The notes under the pieces are model-generated. The model was not told the DNA's origin. It saw only the letters and a list, made by a program, of their open reading frames with translations, and made no database searches. The position numbers and the translations under genes were made by a program. Shown one piece after another: positions 25,011 through 37,692 of a stretch of DNA of 64,000 bases (positions within the stretch are counted from its first letter, which is position 1; every line of letters starts with the position of its first letter). Source of the stretch: Gekko japonicus (Eukaryota); assembly GCF_001447785.1 (NCBI RefSeq), contig NW_015165900.1:63593-127592 (forward strand). The letters run 5' to 3'.

Positions 25011-28000
25011 CTTTAAAAGGGGGAGGAGGAAAGTGCAATTTCACTCTATGTCATATGTTGAATTTGGCCTAGTGATATTTCATTTCATTATCTACCATTT
25101 ATAAATCCAAGCCATTATGTTAGTTTTGAGATAGTGCAGGGATATTTCTCCACTGAAGAATGAAACAGTGGCTTGGTGTTCTTCTGATTGCTCTGTGTTC
25201 TTACCAATATTGGGGAATATAAGATATTACAAATAGCAATAGGCAATACGGGAGCAAACACCTTTGCATACATATCCATCCATATCTTTAAAAGGGGGAG
25301 GAGGAAAGTGCAATTTCACTCTATGTCATATGTTGAATTTGGCCTAGTGATATTTCATTTCATTATCTACCATTTATAAATCCAAGCCATTATGTTAGTT
25401 TTGAGATAGTGCAGGGATATTTCTCCACTGAAGAATGAAACAGTGGCTTGGTGTTCGCCTGATTGCTCTGTGTTCTTACCAATATTGGGGAATATAAGAT
25501 ATTACAAATAGCAATAGGCAATACGGGAGCAAACACCTTTGCATACAGGGGTCCTGCTTTTTCCAGAAGCCCCAGAAATAGACACAGAGGCTGGTTTCCA
25601 ATATAAAATTATTCTTTTTACTGTAGTTTCTTCACAATCAAACAATACTCAAGCACGCACACAAATAGGGGAGGCAGGATAACAAGAGCTAAAAGGCTAA
25701 AAAGATGTATAGAGGATGTTGAGAGGGCATAGAGATGGCGAAGAGAGAGTGAGCATGTTGCTGTGTACCCACTTTTGTATGGGGGGCTCTGGGGGAGGGC
25801 TTTGCTGGCCACCTCCCTTGAGACCACCCCTTGGTGGTCTGTTCCAAAAGTCACGTTCACAATGGGGAAAGGGGCTTAAGGGTTGGTCAATTTGACTGTC
25901 CCTCTCAGAGCAGTCAGTCAACATGGGGGTGGGTTGTCTGCATAGGGCTGAAGTGACATATTTGAATTCAAGCATAAAATCTGCATAGGGCTGAAGTGAC
26001 ATATTTGAATTCAAGCATAAACAAGAGTCCATTGTTTCACTTATGTCACAGGTATTCAGAGTTCCTATATAATGTAGTTTGAATGGTACAAATAAAATTC
26101 TGGAAAATGGAAAGAAAAAAAAAGGTTGGTCAATGTTGAATTCTAACTAAACTTGTAGCAGAGACACCTCGATAGTCGTGATGACTCATTGGCTGGCACT
26201 TATTGTGTTCTTTGTCTCAGGGCTGCAGAACCGGTTCCTTGAATGGATGAGGAAGGCCAAGTCCTTTGTCAAACAAAAGGCAAGGAAGAGTCTTTTGTGC
26301 CTTTGATGCAAAGAAGGTGGTGGTGGGGAGAAGCTGCCGGCGTGATGAAGGACTGCCTTAAGTTTAAGGAGTCCTTAGTTTAAACAGCAAGGCAGATGGC
26401 TGTTTTGGAGTGTTCCATGTGTCTAGGGATACATCTAGAATGGGGCAACCTCAGGAACCACGGGCACATCGACTCAGGCTGTTGCTGGCTCGTGTCTGGC
26501 ATCACAATCTGGTCACCTTACATCAGAATCCCTTTTGCACATTTCATACACAGTCCATTTATGTCCTTAAGAGAGCACAAAGCTCCTTGCTGGGCAACAA
26601 TGGGTCCAGACTAGCATTTGCATACGTGTAAGAATTTCTGGCCATTGGCTCTGACTTTCTTGCCTCTCCTCTTCCACAACATCCTGAAACACCCCCACCC
26701 CCTAATTCTTTTACTGGGAGACTGGGAAATAACAAGGGATGCCCAAGAACGATTGGCAGTCATTTTGGGTTGGTGGGGGGAACTGTGTTCTGCAAGTAGA
26801 AATCCTTGTGTCCACAGAAATGCTAGGCTATATCTAATTTCTACCCAATCTATGATGTATATATTTCAAGGTAGCCTACCTTAACTCACTGAAAATGTCG
26901 AGACAGTGTGTGACTGCAATAAAAAAGGTCAAAGCTATGCTGGGGATTATTAGGAAGGGTATTGAAAACAGATCAGCCAATATCATAATGCCCCTATATA
27001 AATCAATGGTGCGACCTCATTTGGAATACTGTGTGCAGTTCTGGTCACCACACCTTAAAAAGGATATTATACCTTTGGAAAAAGTGCAGAAAAGGGCAAC
27101 TCGAATGATAAAAGGGTTGGAACACTTTCCGTATAAGGAAAGGTTAAAGCTCTTAGGGCTCTTTAGCGTGGAGAAATGACGACTGAGGGGTGACATGATC
27201 GAGGTTTATAAGATTATGCATGGGATAGAGCAGGTAAGGAAAGAGGTACTTTTCTCCCTTTCTCACAATATAAGAACTCATGGGCACTCAATGAAATTGC
27301 TGAGCAGTCGGGTTAGAACAGATAAAAGGAAGTACTTCTTCACCCAAAGAGTGATTAACACATGGAATTCACTGCCACAGGAAGTGGTGGCGGCTATGAG
27401 CATGGATGGCTTCAAAAGGGAATTAGATAAGCATATGGAGCAGAGGTCCATCAGTGGCTATTAGCCACAAGGTATAGATAGGGACTCTGGAGCAAGTGAT
27501 GCTCTGTCTTCTTGATGCTTGGGGGGGGGGCAACAGTGGTAGGGCTTCTAATGTCCTGGCCCCACTGTTTGAACCTCCTGATGGCACTGGTATTTCTGGC
27601 CACTGTGTGACACAGAGTGTTGGACTGGATGGGCCTTTGGGCTGATCCAACATTGGCATCTCTTATGTTCTTATGTACCTTCTTGGTCTGAGATCTTCCC
27701 TTCTGGACATGGAGCACAATCATAGCAGCAAAATTGTTCTCCTTCTTTTCTTTTTCTGCTGTAACCTGGAGGGCAGTTGTCATTACACACAGCACGGGGT
27801 GTGACCTGTCAATCAGAAGGCAGATGGCACCCTTTAATGTTGTGGAAAATTTGAGAAGAATTATGTAAGCTAGTGGATAAGAGGTAGGTTGCTGGATGAG
27901 TAGGAAGGAGAGAAGAAGCAAGGAAAGGATATGGGGGCAGCTACAAGCATGGACAGCTTCAAGAGGGAATTAGATAAACATATGGAACAGAGGTCCATCA

Positions 28001-31000
28001 GTGGTTATTAGCCCCACGGTATAGATAGGAACTCTTGAGGCAAGTGATACAATGTATTCTTGGTACTTGGGGGGACACAACAGTGGGAGGGCTTCTAGTG
28101 TCCTGGTCTCACTGCTAGACCTCCTGACGGCACCTGGTATTTTTGGCCACTGTGTGACAGAGTGTTGGACTGGATGGGCCATTGGCCTGATCCAACATTG
28201 GCTTCTCTTATGTTCTTATGTACCAGGAGGGCAAAAAGAGGAAATAATATGAGGTCGGGGATGGGGGGAGAAGTGAGGGGCCCTTTGCAAGTCCTTGTAA
28301 GTTCCCTACTGTGGCCACCACAACAGAAAGTTGGGGGAGGGAAGGGGAAAGGGAAGCAGTGCTAGCTGAAGCAGGAGGAAATAATGTAACACTGGCTGGT
28401 TGGTAAAGTATAGAGAATGAAGCAGAAAAAGGGGAGAGGCTATAGGGGCTTTCAGAGATGTGAAAGAGGAAATAGTAGAGGAGGAGAAAATGAGATCCCT
28501 CCCTCAAATCTTTGCTGGTCCCCCTCTTGTACTTAATAGAAAGGATTAATGGGGGGGAAACCATAGACCACTACAGCTAGTAGGAGAAACAATAACAGTT
28601 TGTTTTCCTGAGAACACTTTCTATTTTCTGGAAAGCACCACTTCTGGCTCACCTCCAAATATATAGTGCAAATTTAGTCAATGCTATCCTGGATAAGTAA
28701 ATACTTGCCTTAAATTTTGATTGTCTCTCTTACTGAAACACAGACAATAAAAATGGACTGCCTTATATTTGAAACTATACCATTGTCTCCAATGAGTGTG
28801 GATATCTCGAGGGGGTCTCAAACTGGAGGGACTTGGAATTTAACCATTTCCCCTTTTTATGCAAAGTCTATTTATCTACCACTGTTGTGGGCCTCTCCTG
28901 CTTTGAACAATATTATTTGAGAAGTTCAATGTCAAAATGATTACGAATCAGATCATACCTGATTAAATGTGTTGTGCCATGTTATTATTGGGTCATTCAT
29001 AGACAACTGTCTTCCCGGTAGTGCTTGGGGATCCATTCTCCCAATTTTCACTCGTAAGAAGGATTTATTTGGGAAGGTCACCCAGTTTATAACATCAAAG
29101 CCACCCGCTAATTCGCCATTCTCATCAAAACAAAACTTTTCACCGGCACTGTTGTTAAAGGAGAGTTTCCTCAAAAAATGATGAAGCTAGCAGGGGAAAA
29201 AATTAAGGCAGGTGATACTAAAGCAATAGAAAATGGACAAGGAGAGAAGAAGAAAAAAACAGGTCCAGGGTTGGAGGTGGTTCTTTTCTCGTTCATGGGT
29301 TGTCTAATTATAAATATGGTTGCATTTGGAAGAATGTACCACTTTAGTCCCCTTGTTTCTCCTGTGATACTCTAGTAGAGTTGCTTGCCACCTGTCCTGA
29401 AGGAAAATGTTCTTATGCTTTAATAGAGGCTTGTGGCAGACAGCTGAAGCTGTTCATAACATGGCAGCAAGTAATATCAACTGTCAAATAACATCCTATT
29501 AAGCCGCTGTTACATTCTTTCTCCAGGCATCTTCACAACCCTACCCTTCAGGGCCAGTGGGAGTGGTTCATTGTGGAATGTGCAGGGAAGGAGAGTTAAA
29601 ATCTGCTTCCACCCTTTTTGGCCACAATGTTTATTTCAGCATTTTTCGCCCAACACATGAGGCACTGGAAGCATTTCATTAAAAATGGGGACATGTAGAT
29701 CTGATAATGTAATTGAATGACCTAATACTTCTTTACAAATGGAAAGCCACAAAGATGACAGATGAAAAATGGAAAGGTGGGATACAAGAACAGTCATTGG
29801 GGTGGTCCTCTCTGGCAGAAAGATGTTGTAACTAATCTGACTGGATAATGTCACAGTCAGGAACAAGTTTACCCCATGAGTGCGATAGGGCAGCTTTCCC
29901 CCTCAACGTAGAGCCCCATCCCAAAAGTGGTTCATGAAATGTTTCAAGTGGGTCACCATACCATGTACGTTTAGCATTGTGGGTCACTATAGTAAAAATA
30001 TTAGAAACTGTTGTTCTACATAAAGACAAATGAGAAACTGTGAAGAGATAAAACTGTCAATAAAACATTTAATTATTAGGATACAACACACTTGTGAATC
30101 ACCTGACATAGGTGGGAAGAGGAATCCCTGAGCATCTCAAAGATGGGAACATTCAAAGTCAAGATTTGATGTGGTTGGATATTATGCATTTTCTGAACAC
30201 TCTACTCCATCACCCTAGATTTCCTTCTATATGAAATATTACCTGAAATGTCTGTGGCTTTGGAGGCTGCAGCTTGTTTCCATCTGTCATGGTTCTATAT
30301 TTGGTTCTGGACAAAATCATGGCATGTAAAGCATGTGCCACGGCATAGACAGCATTGTAGATACTGTAACTTTGGCCTGTCATACTCATTTCGAAAAAAG
30401 GCCCAGGAAGGCTCTCCAGCTTCTCTTCCCCAGTGCAGCTATTCACAGCCTCATTCTCCACATCAGTATCTGGAAATACACAGTCAAAGGCCTGTTGCCA
30501 GAAGGTCCTGATGAAACCATCTTCCTCAGTATGTGGATTTAGGCTCCTGAGAAACTCTGGGAATCCTTGAATTTCAATTAGATGAACTGCAAACGATAAG
30601 GCACCATGGAAGACCTGTATGCCTAGATCTCTATGATGCAGCTGCGATGAGAAATCAAAATGGGCTGTCATAACCCATACTTTGCCTATAGGTGTCATGG
30701 TATCTGGATCAAACATATTCAGTGCCAACTGCAAAGCGCTCATATTTTGAGAGTCTGCATTTACAATACATACGTTAACAGTAGTCTTAGTTAAGAGAAC
30801 TGTTACATTCTGAAAGAGTTCTAGCATTTCATATATCTCAAATGTGTTTTTGTAGATCGGTATTCTTTCCATGAAGGCTATACAGATGCCATTCTGGGAA
30901 AACTTGTGTGCTAAAGTCTGCACAAACCTTTCTCCTTTATCGTCATTTATTGCAATGATGGCGATCCAGTTCCAATGGAAATGCAGAAGAAGCTGGACAA

Positions 31001-34000
31001 TCCCAGTGTACTGGTGCTCTTCACTGGGGACAACTCTATACAAAGGAGAGAGTTGAATTACCTCACTCATTGCAGGAGCAAATAAGCAATATGTGACCTA
31101 AGCAAAAGGGGGAAAAATCATTATATAATTGGGTTTGGGAATTCATGCCTTTTAAGCAAATTCCAACTTCCAATCCACTGTGGAATTCAAGGTGACTAAC
31201 ATTACTTTTCTTTGTGACATGGTTCTTGGATGAAATCCACCTTGGTTGGCTGGATTCCCCTCGACCCCTTTTGCTCAGATATGTTGACCATCTATGTTTT
31301 GACTTCTGCCCAGACTGGTTTCATTAACCACTATCCAAGATCTTCAGAAGCCTCATGTCTGTAGTTTGTTAAATTAAGCCTGAGCAGCTTACGTAGCCCA
31401 AAATGTCTGGTTTGAGTTCCTTTCCCCTTTTCTGTCTGTTATTATATTAATGGTTTAAGTAAAGTGAACATGCCAATTAACACATATGTTCTGTTGTCCA
31501 GATCTCCTTCCTCCTTTCCATACATTCTTTTTTTTAATCTAAGAAGTTTTTATTGCTTTTCCAAAAAAGGAAAAAAGGAAAGATTAAAAAATTAAAAAAT
31601 GATAGTAGTATCTTGTAATACATTCAGTTTAAATCTCTCCTAGCTTAAAACAGAGAATTTTTCTAATAACCTAACGATATTTGCAACTATGTGTGTCAAA
31701 CAATACATGAATGATTTCATTTGATAATTTTCTAAACATTCTAGTATTATTATCTTTTGGTAATATAAGTTCCTGAGCTCTTACTATCAAATTTCATATT
31801 TTCTTAACCTATTCTTATCTTTAATAAAGTCATTTCCCTCCTATTTTTTCTTTCAAGTTCAAGTTTCCCTGTGAAATGATATACTGATTTTTTAAAAAAT
31901 GTGTTACCTTATTTTTGATAAAAAATAAAGATGAATTCTTCTTTATGATTCTCCTAATAATCTATCTTTTCTACCGTTTTACTAAAAATCCTTATACTGT
32001 CACCTCTCTCAACTGATTTCTTAACAATACAAGCCATTCTGTATAGTTACACTTTAATAAGAGCTCCTTAAACCACTCTTATATGTTATTAAGTTTTCTT
32101 AATAACAATTTTATACATAAAGCTTAGTGGGTTTTTTTGTCTGGTATCTTCTCTTCAAAAGGATCTTGTCTCTATGTCTTTTCCCCTTGTGTACTGCATA
32201 CAATTGCTTTAAGGGTTGCAATGTGTAGCTTGAAGTAATGCTTGGTTGGGTATTTTCCATCTTCTTTTCTTTCTGAGATGACTTTTGCTTCAGAGGTTTG
32301 GTTGTTCCTTTAGGCATCTGTCTCTTTGGTTCTATAAAACATAGTTCCATAAGAGGTTTAGTTTCCTTTTTTGGTGTGTTTTTCTTGTTACAGGGCATCT
32401 TCCCATAGGTTAGAGGAGGATCCTCTTGCTTGCAGTTTTGTTCGGTGTCTCTCAAAGATTGCTCCTGAAGTTTGTCTGAATTGCTTGTAGATTTCAATAG
32501 AGTATTTAAGCTTTGGTCATATAGTTCAGCACAACTTTCTTTGATTGCTAGCTTAATTGAGCCCAGGATCATGAATTTAAGAGCATCCCATGAAAATTGA
32601 GTCAGCTTAACACCTGCAATATCATCTGAATTTAAAGCTTTTAATTCATTTCCCGCTTGGAAATCCATTTTGTAAAGTCTGCAACCCCAGTACAAAAGAA
32701 AGTACGGGCAGTTCAGTCTGCCAACAGTCTAGGAGCTGAATCACACTGCTGGATAGATTACTATAGTAGACATAATAACAACTGAGAATCTTTCAACAAG
32801 AGCCAGGTGATTGCTTTTATCCAATGTCTTCTGAGCCCAGGAGACTTCAAAAACAAGAGTGATGTTACAGGAAGTTCTATTACCATATAAGGAAGTTCTT
32901 TTTAAAATGCCTCTATTTTGTCTTCTTTTTAATGAAAGTCAAAAATTTAGCTGGTTTATAATTCCGATAAAGGTGGTAGAATGTTCAGATAAGATTATTT
33001 TGTATCCCTTTTTTATTCCCCTTGTAGTTATTTAAAAAGTTTTATATCTGGTACTTTTGCTAACTGATTGTGCCGAGGAGAGGGGGTGGGAGATTCTCTT
33101 CTTCCTTTCCTCATCTTTGTGGATGTTTGGAGGAGGTTTAATCAAAGGGTTTCCTGATTCTTTGATGTTGCTTTATACAGGTACTCACGGTTTCTTCATC
33201 GATGTTGGAGATGAGGTATGGTGCTCTCTTTGCCGGGCATTCATCGCTGTGCAGTCATGGTGGACCATGACTGCACTTCTTCGTGCTCTTGCTTCAGGAT
33301 GATCTGGCTCCTACCCACTCACTGCCACTCGCGGGGGGCTCATATCACGTCCCCTGCTCCAGACCTCTCTCTGGGAGGTCTGGTGGAACTCGGGAGATTC
33401 CACAGTTCCAATAAAAGCAACAAATAGTTGGCAGTGCTCAGGAGCAAGACTGAGCATCCACCGCCTCGCAGTGCTGCAACCCGGAAGCACCTCGACTACC
33501 TATACATTCTATATGCAAAAACATGTTCTATGAACCCTGGCATTAGAATTGATATCCTGGGAATTCTTCCAACATTTTGAAGGGAGCAACAGAAGGATTT
33601 CACATTCAAAGTTTTCAGACTCTGAATTTTAAGTTTCCATGCTTAGATTTCAAATCTACAGGCCTACAGCCTGCAATGGCTTCCTTTCTGTTCAGACCTG
33701 CAACCTACTAACAGTATGGATATTTTATTTGAAAAGCAAGAAAAGCCTACCTGTGTGTCACATACTGGGCTGGATCCAGCAATCTTTTTTCACCTTGTTC
33801 CCCTCACACAATTCTATTTATTACAGCCCCCATTCCACATGGCTGTTGTCCATACAAGTGCCATGAACCCAGTAAAGTTTTTTTTCTGGGTGGTCAAAGT
33901 GGACTGTTCCTAACATTTTCACCAGGGTATAAACGTCTTAGATCCAACCCAGTCACCCTCCAGTACCACCTCATATATGCAGAGGGGATCCAGGGTGACA

Positions 34001-35064
34001 TCAACACAAATCCTTTATACTTTGAACATTCTTTCCCTGCCTTTTAATCTATCAAAAATGAAAATGGCAGTTGTGTATCTGAATTTGTTTGTACCCCATG
34101 AATCAAGATCTGAGGTATCATCTCCTTCTTCCTTTCTTGCCATGTGCTGTTAGCAGACTGTCCTACAGTTCTTGAAGAATCAGTCTATTGTTTTCTTACC
34201 TGAGCAATCTTGTAGATGCCTAAGAGAGTAGCCATGTGAAGGGAGATTTCGGAGTCCAAGCCTCCAATGACAGCTATGAGGTTCTTCCAGATGCCACAGT
34301 TGTAGTTGGGGATAGTCCTATTCTGATTAAACAGAAGGTTCAAGGTATTTCGAAAAGCCATCCTTGCATCAAAGTAGCTGTCATAGATGGAGAACCCCAG
34401 TGTTAGGTTTGGTAAGATCTGGAGATTCTCGTTAATCTCTTCTAAGGCAAAGACCAAGGACAAGACATGCTGGTAATTCTTGGGCACTGCACTGAAGTAA
34501 GAGACAAATGGTGTTTAAGTCTGATATTCATAAGTATTTACAACTGTGGTTTCAAAGTGTACAAGGATTCAACACCCTAAGGAAATAATTCTGAGTAACT
34601 GGATGTGTGACATTTGTGTTCACCTTCATTTCCTGTATCATTGAATATTCAGGACAGCTTCCTTCTTTCTAAACTATTCATATTAATATAGCTACATTAC
34701 AACAGAGACAGATATTACCACTCTATTTTCTTATCCTTGCTCATTAATTAGTTTGGGATTAGCAGGGTAGCAATAGGATGTAGGGTGGGATCCAAGCAGT
34801 TTTTCTGCAGGTGAAAAAGGACTTCCAAAAAGCTCTGGAGGGATCATGGGACCTTTTTACCATAAAAAAACCCTGTGCCAGGGATGATGGGACCAACTTG
34901 GACAAAAGACATAGGTGGTGTGGGCTGCAGTAAAATGTAACACTGAGTGCAAAAAACAAAACTAGCTGTATCCTACCAAAAAAGATAAATTGTTGACAGT
35001 AAAAGAAGAGGAGAATTGTGGAAATGGGGCACAAGACAGAGGTCTCACACAAGTCTACTACACT

Positions 35065-35113
<49 letters not shown>

Positions 35114-35826
35114 TTTCTTTCTTTCTTTCTTTTTCTTCATTCTTGCAATTCAAATCAGTATGGCAGCTGTCCTACTTAAAATCAATTTTAAAAGTTGGTG
35201 TCAAATGATGACACTTGCCCAGGAAGACTGAAAGTCACACTGCCCTGTTCTAATGCTCCCTAACTTGTCCAGATGCCTAAGCTGTTGGACATCTGAACTC
35301 TTGGACAGAGTAATTGGAAAAGAACAAAAGCAGACAAAAGGGAACATCACCAATAATTTGCAATCGGAAAGGGAATTGAATAAACCTCTTTAGATGGGAA
35401 TAATTGTTTCAAAAGGCTAAATATATTTTTTCAATTTGACATCTTATTGAATAAATGGGTCATTTTCAGAATATGCCATTGCTTGGATCATATGAACTGT
35501 TTGTAATGAGTATGAACTATTCTAAGTCCTCCTAAGGATAAAAAATATATATACAGGCAGTTTTCATACAAAGATTCATGGAAAAGATTTCGTTTGGGAT
35601 GCTCCTTGAAAGTGACAGGGTCTGAAATGGAGAAGAACTGAGAGGTGATGCCACCAATGAGGAGGTCTCCTGGTCGAGAATACTGTTGTGATGTCTGGAG
35701 GAGATCATTCATCGTACACATAGCAGGATGCATCTCAGATTCAGTTTGTGGCAGCAGCAGCCATGAAATCAGGAGTTTTAGTGAAGCACTGAATCCTGCC
35801 ATTTGGAATGCAAAAGCATCTTCCAT
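24109..35826 (-). CDS. Vmn2r: V2R gene C, all exons open (about 878-886 aa): exons 35570-35826 (second ATG 35802), 34200-34491, 30243-31097, 28959-29186, 27679-27805, 24109-25010; intron-5 splice sites altered
   Basis: Same exon sizes, phases and motifs as gene B; sum 2661 nt from the first ATG. Confidence 0.9.
25002..25547. repeat. Tandem duplication of 271 bp (25002-25272, 25277-25547) including the gene C exon-6 acceptor
   Basis: Copies differ at about 2 positions; 4-nt junction TATC. Confidence 0.93.
25938..26021 (+). repeat. 43-bp tandem duplication
   Basis: CTGCATAGGGCTGAAGTGACATATTTGAATTCAAGCATAAA x2. Confidence 0.9.
26883..27675 (+). mobile_element. 5'-truncated CR1 LINE
   Basis: [56 protein letters not shown]; TTCTTATG tail; TSD TACCTT. 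Confidence 0.95.
27679..27805 (-). CDS. Vmn2r: V2R C exon 5
   Basis: 127 nt, [31 protein letters not shown]; donor now G|GTACAT. Confidence 0.9.
27938..28220 (+). mobile_element. CR1 3' fragment
   Basis: Same family tail; empty site in gene B near 14898. Confidence 0.88.
28959..29186 (-). CDS. Vmn2r: V2R C exon 4
   Basis: 228 nt, [19 protein letters not shown]. Confidence 0.94.
30243..31097 (-). CDS. Vmn2r: V2R C exon 3
   Basis: 855 nt open frame. Confidence 0.94.
31529..33501 (-). mobile_element. About 2 kb L1-like non-autonomous retroelement with a 194-aa non-RT ORF
   Basis: 5' GAGGTGCTTCCGG start, AATAAA and A-rich tail, TSD ATACATTCT (31520 and 33502). Confidence 0.65.
34200..34491 (-). 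CDS. Vmn2r: V2R C exon 2
   Basis: 292 nt, AVPKNYQH...YKIAQ. Confidence 0.93.
35064..35135. repeat. (TTTC)n microsatellite
   Basis: Directly visible. Confidence 0.97.
35570..35826 (-). CDS. Vmn2r: V2R C exon 1
   Basis: [34 protein letters not shown]; donor TT|GTATGA. Confidence 0.88.
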
Positions 35827-36754
35827 TGAGATGAAGCCCTTGCTTTCTGTCTTATCATTTACTATCCATCATCAGCCTCTTAAACATCCAGACTTCAATG
35901 GCACCATCCCCTCCTATGAAGCTCAGCAAAGCACTGGTCTATACATTTGAAGAGATCACAAAGAAAGGGCAGACTGATGCTGTCTTGTCTTGCAAATAGT
36001 CCCTCACTGCTGCTCTGAACAGTATGGGGATGTTTTATGTAAGAAGGGCATTATTTACTAACATTCAGTCTGAGCTCTGGCAGGAAGGAGGCTGGATCAA
36101 AGTAATTGAAAATGATTGCTGGGTATGTCAACACCTCCCCAAGGCATAGTGTTCTGTAGCCTATCAGGTGTAGAAGGAAAACAAAATATGAAAAAGATGC
36201 TACTGTATGGTGTTGCCATATTGGTGTGATATGAAAATCTCAATTTCTGCCAAAGGTCCTTCATGTTCTGGAAGAAACTATAGTCCCTTTAAAATTGTTA
36301 TTTCATGAAGGTACTAATAAAACATGATAGAAATACTTCCAAATAAATTTGCACCTATTTTTGCCTCTGCCCCATATTAATTGTAGGCCAATGGCTTTAC
36401 AGTGGCCTGTAATGTATCAATTGGAAGGGTAGGAGATCACACAGTCAAGCCAAAAAGAGCTAAGAAAAAAACAACTGTGTACAACAACGCTAATATAATG
36501 TAACAGACTTACATAAATATAGCAATTAAAGAAACAATAAATAATATCTGAAAGTTATGTGTTGTTTTCATTCATTCACCTAAGTCTCCGGATTACAATC
36601 TTTGTTTTGAAAATCTTCTTCTAGAATATCATAATAACATGAAATATTAAGTTCAATATAGATGGGTTCTTCAGTCAAACTTCTTAATTCATTCTAAGTC
36701 ATTACAAGGTTTTGGGTAAAATTACACCATTTCAAAGAACTGGCTACCAGTTAC

Positions 36755-37134
36755 CAGGGGTCGTTTCGTAGAAAAAGAGCTAGGGGAACTCATTAGCATA
36801 ACTCATTAGCATATGCCACACCCCCTGACATCACCGGAAGTGTGTCATAAGGCCACACCCCCTGACATCACCAGAAGTGTGTCATAAGGCCACACACACC
36901 ACCCCCAACGGTCCCGGCCGCCGCTGGCGGCCTTGCAGCTCCACTGCCGAGCCCGATGAGGGGCCCAGCGGTGGACCTGCAAGGCCGGCGGGAGTGCAAG
37001 GAAGCCCCGCGAAGGCCCTCCCTGGCCCCAGGCAGGCAGGGGTGGGGAGAGGCAGGCTTTGTCATGTGCCCCACCCACCGTACCTCACCCGGGGGAACTG
37101 CGATCCCCCGCGATCCCCCCCGAAATGACCTCTG
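36755..37134. mobile_element. hAT-type MITE
   Basis: TIR CAGGGGTCGTTTCG / CGAAATGACCTCTG, 8-bp TSD CCAGTTAC. Confidence 0.88.
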
Positions 37135-37273
37135 CCAGTTACTCATTCAGACAGGAACTACTCTCTACATTGCTGATCTGGTATCAATGACATCAATAAT
37201 ATTAATATTAAAATATTTTTAAATGCCATTTAAAAATTCCTGAAAAGCAGTGAAACAGAGAAAGCACATCAGA

Positions 37274-37540
37274 TGCCAGTTTGGTGTAGTGGTTCAGTGC
37301 GCGGACTCTAATCTGGGAGAACCGAGTTTGATTCCCCACTCCTCCACTTGCACCTGGCTGGATGACCTTGGGCAAGCCATAACTCTGGCACAGCTGTCCT
37401 TGAAAAAGAGCAGTTTCTGTCAAGAGTTCTCTCAGCCCCACCTACCTCACAGGGTGTCTGTTGTGGGGAGGGGAAGGTGAAGGAGTTTGTAAGCCGCTCT
37501 GAGACACCTTTGGGTAGTGAAGGGCAGGGTATAGTAAATC
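37274..37540 (+). mobile_element. Full-length Squam3-like tRNA SINE
   Basis: tRNA head; body CTCAGCCCCACCTACCTCACAGGGTGTCTGTTGTGGGG. Confidence 0.82.
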
Positions 37541-37652
37541 CAATCTCCTCTTCTTCCCTTCCTCAACATGTTCAGTTTGGAGAAGAGGAGGCTGAGGGAG
37601 GGACATAATTGCTTCCTTGAAGTACTTGAAGGGCTGTCATTTAGAGGAGGGC

Positions 37653-37686
37653 ATCACTTCTCGGCCTTTTGGCTAAGATCAGCGTA
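37653..37686 (+). pseudogene. RNU2: 3'-truncated U2 snRNA retro-fragment
   Basis: ATCACTTCTCGGCCTTTTGGCTAAGATCA matches U2 nt 1-29 with one mismatch; 17-bp TSD at 37636-37652 and 37991-38007. Confidence 0.85.
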
Positions 37687-37692
37687 AACATT

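Noticed and set aside
37274-37345. tRNA-like and 5S-like segments (also 15906, 39457, 59905, 61345)
   Set aside because: SINE heads, not functional RNA genes
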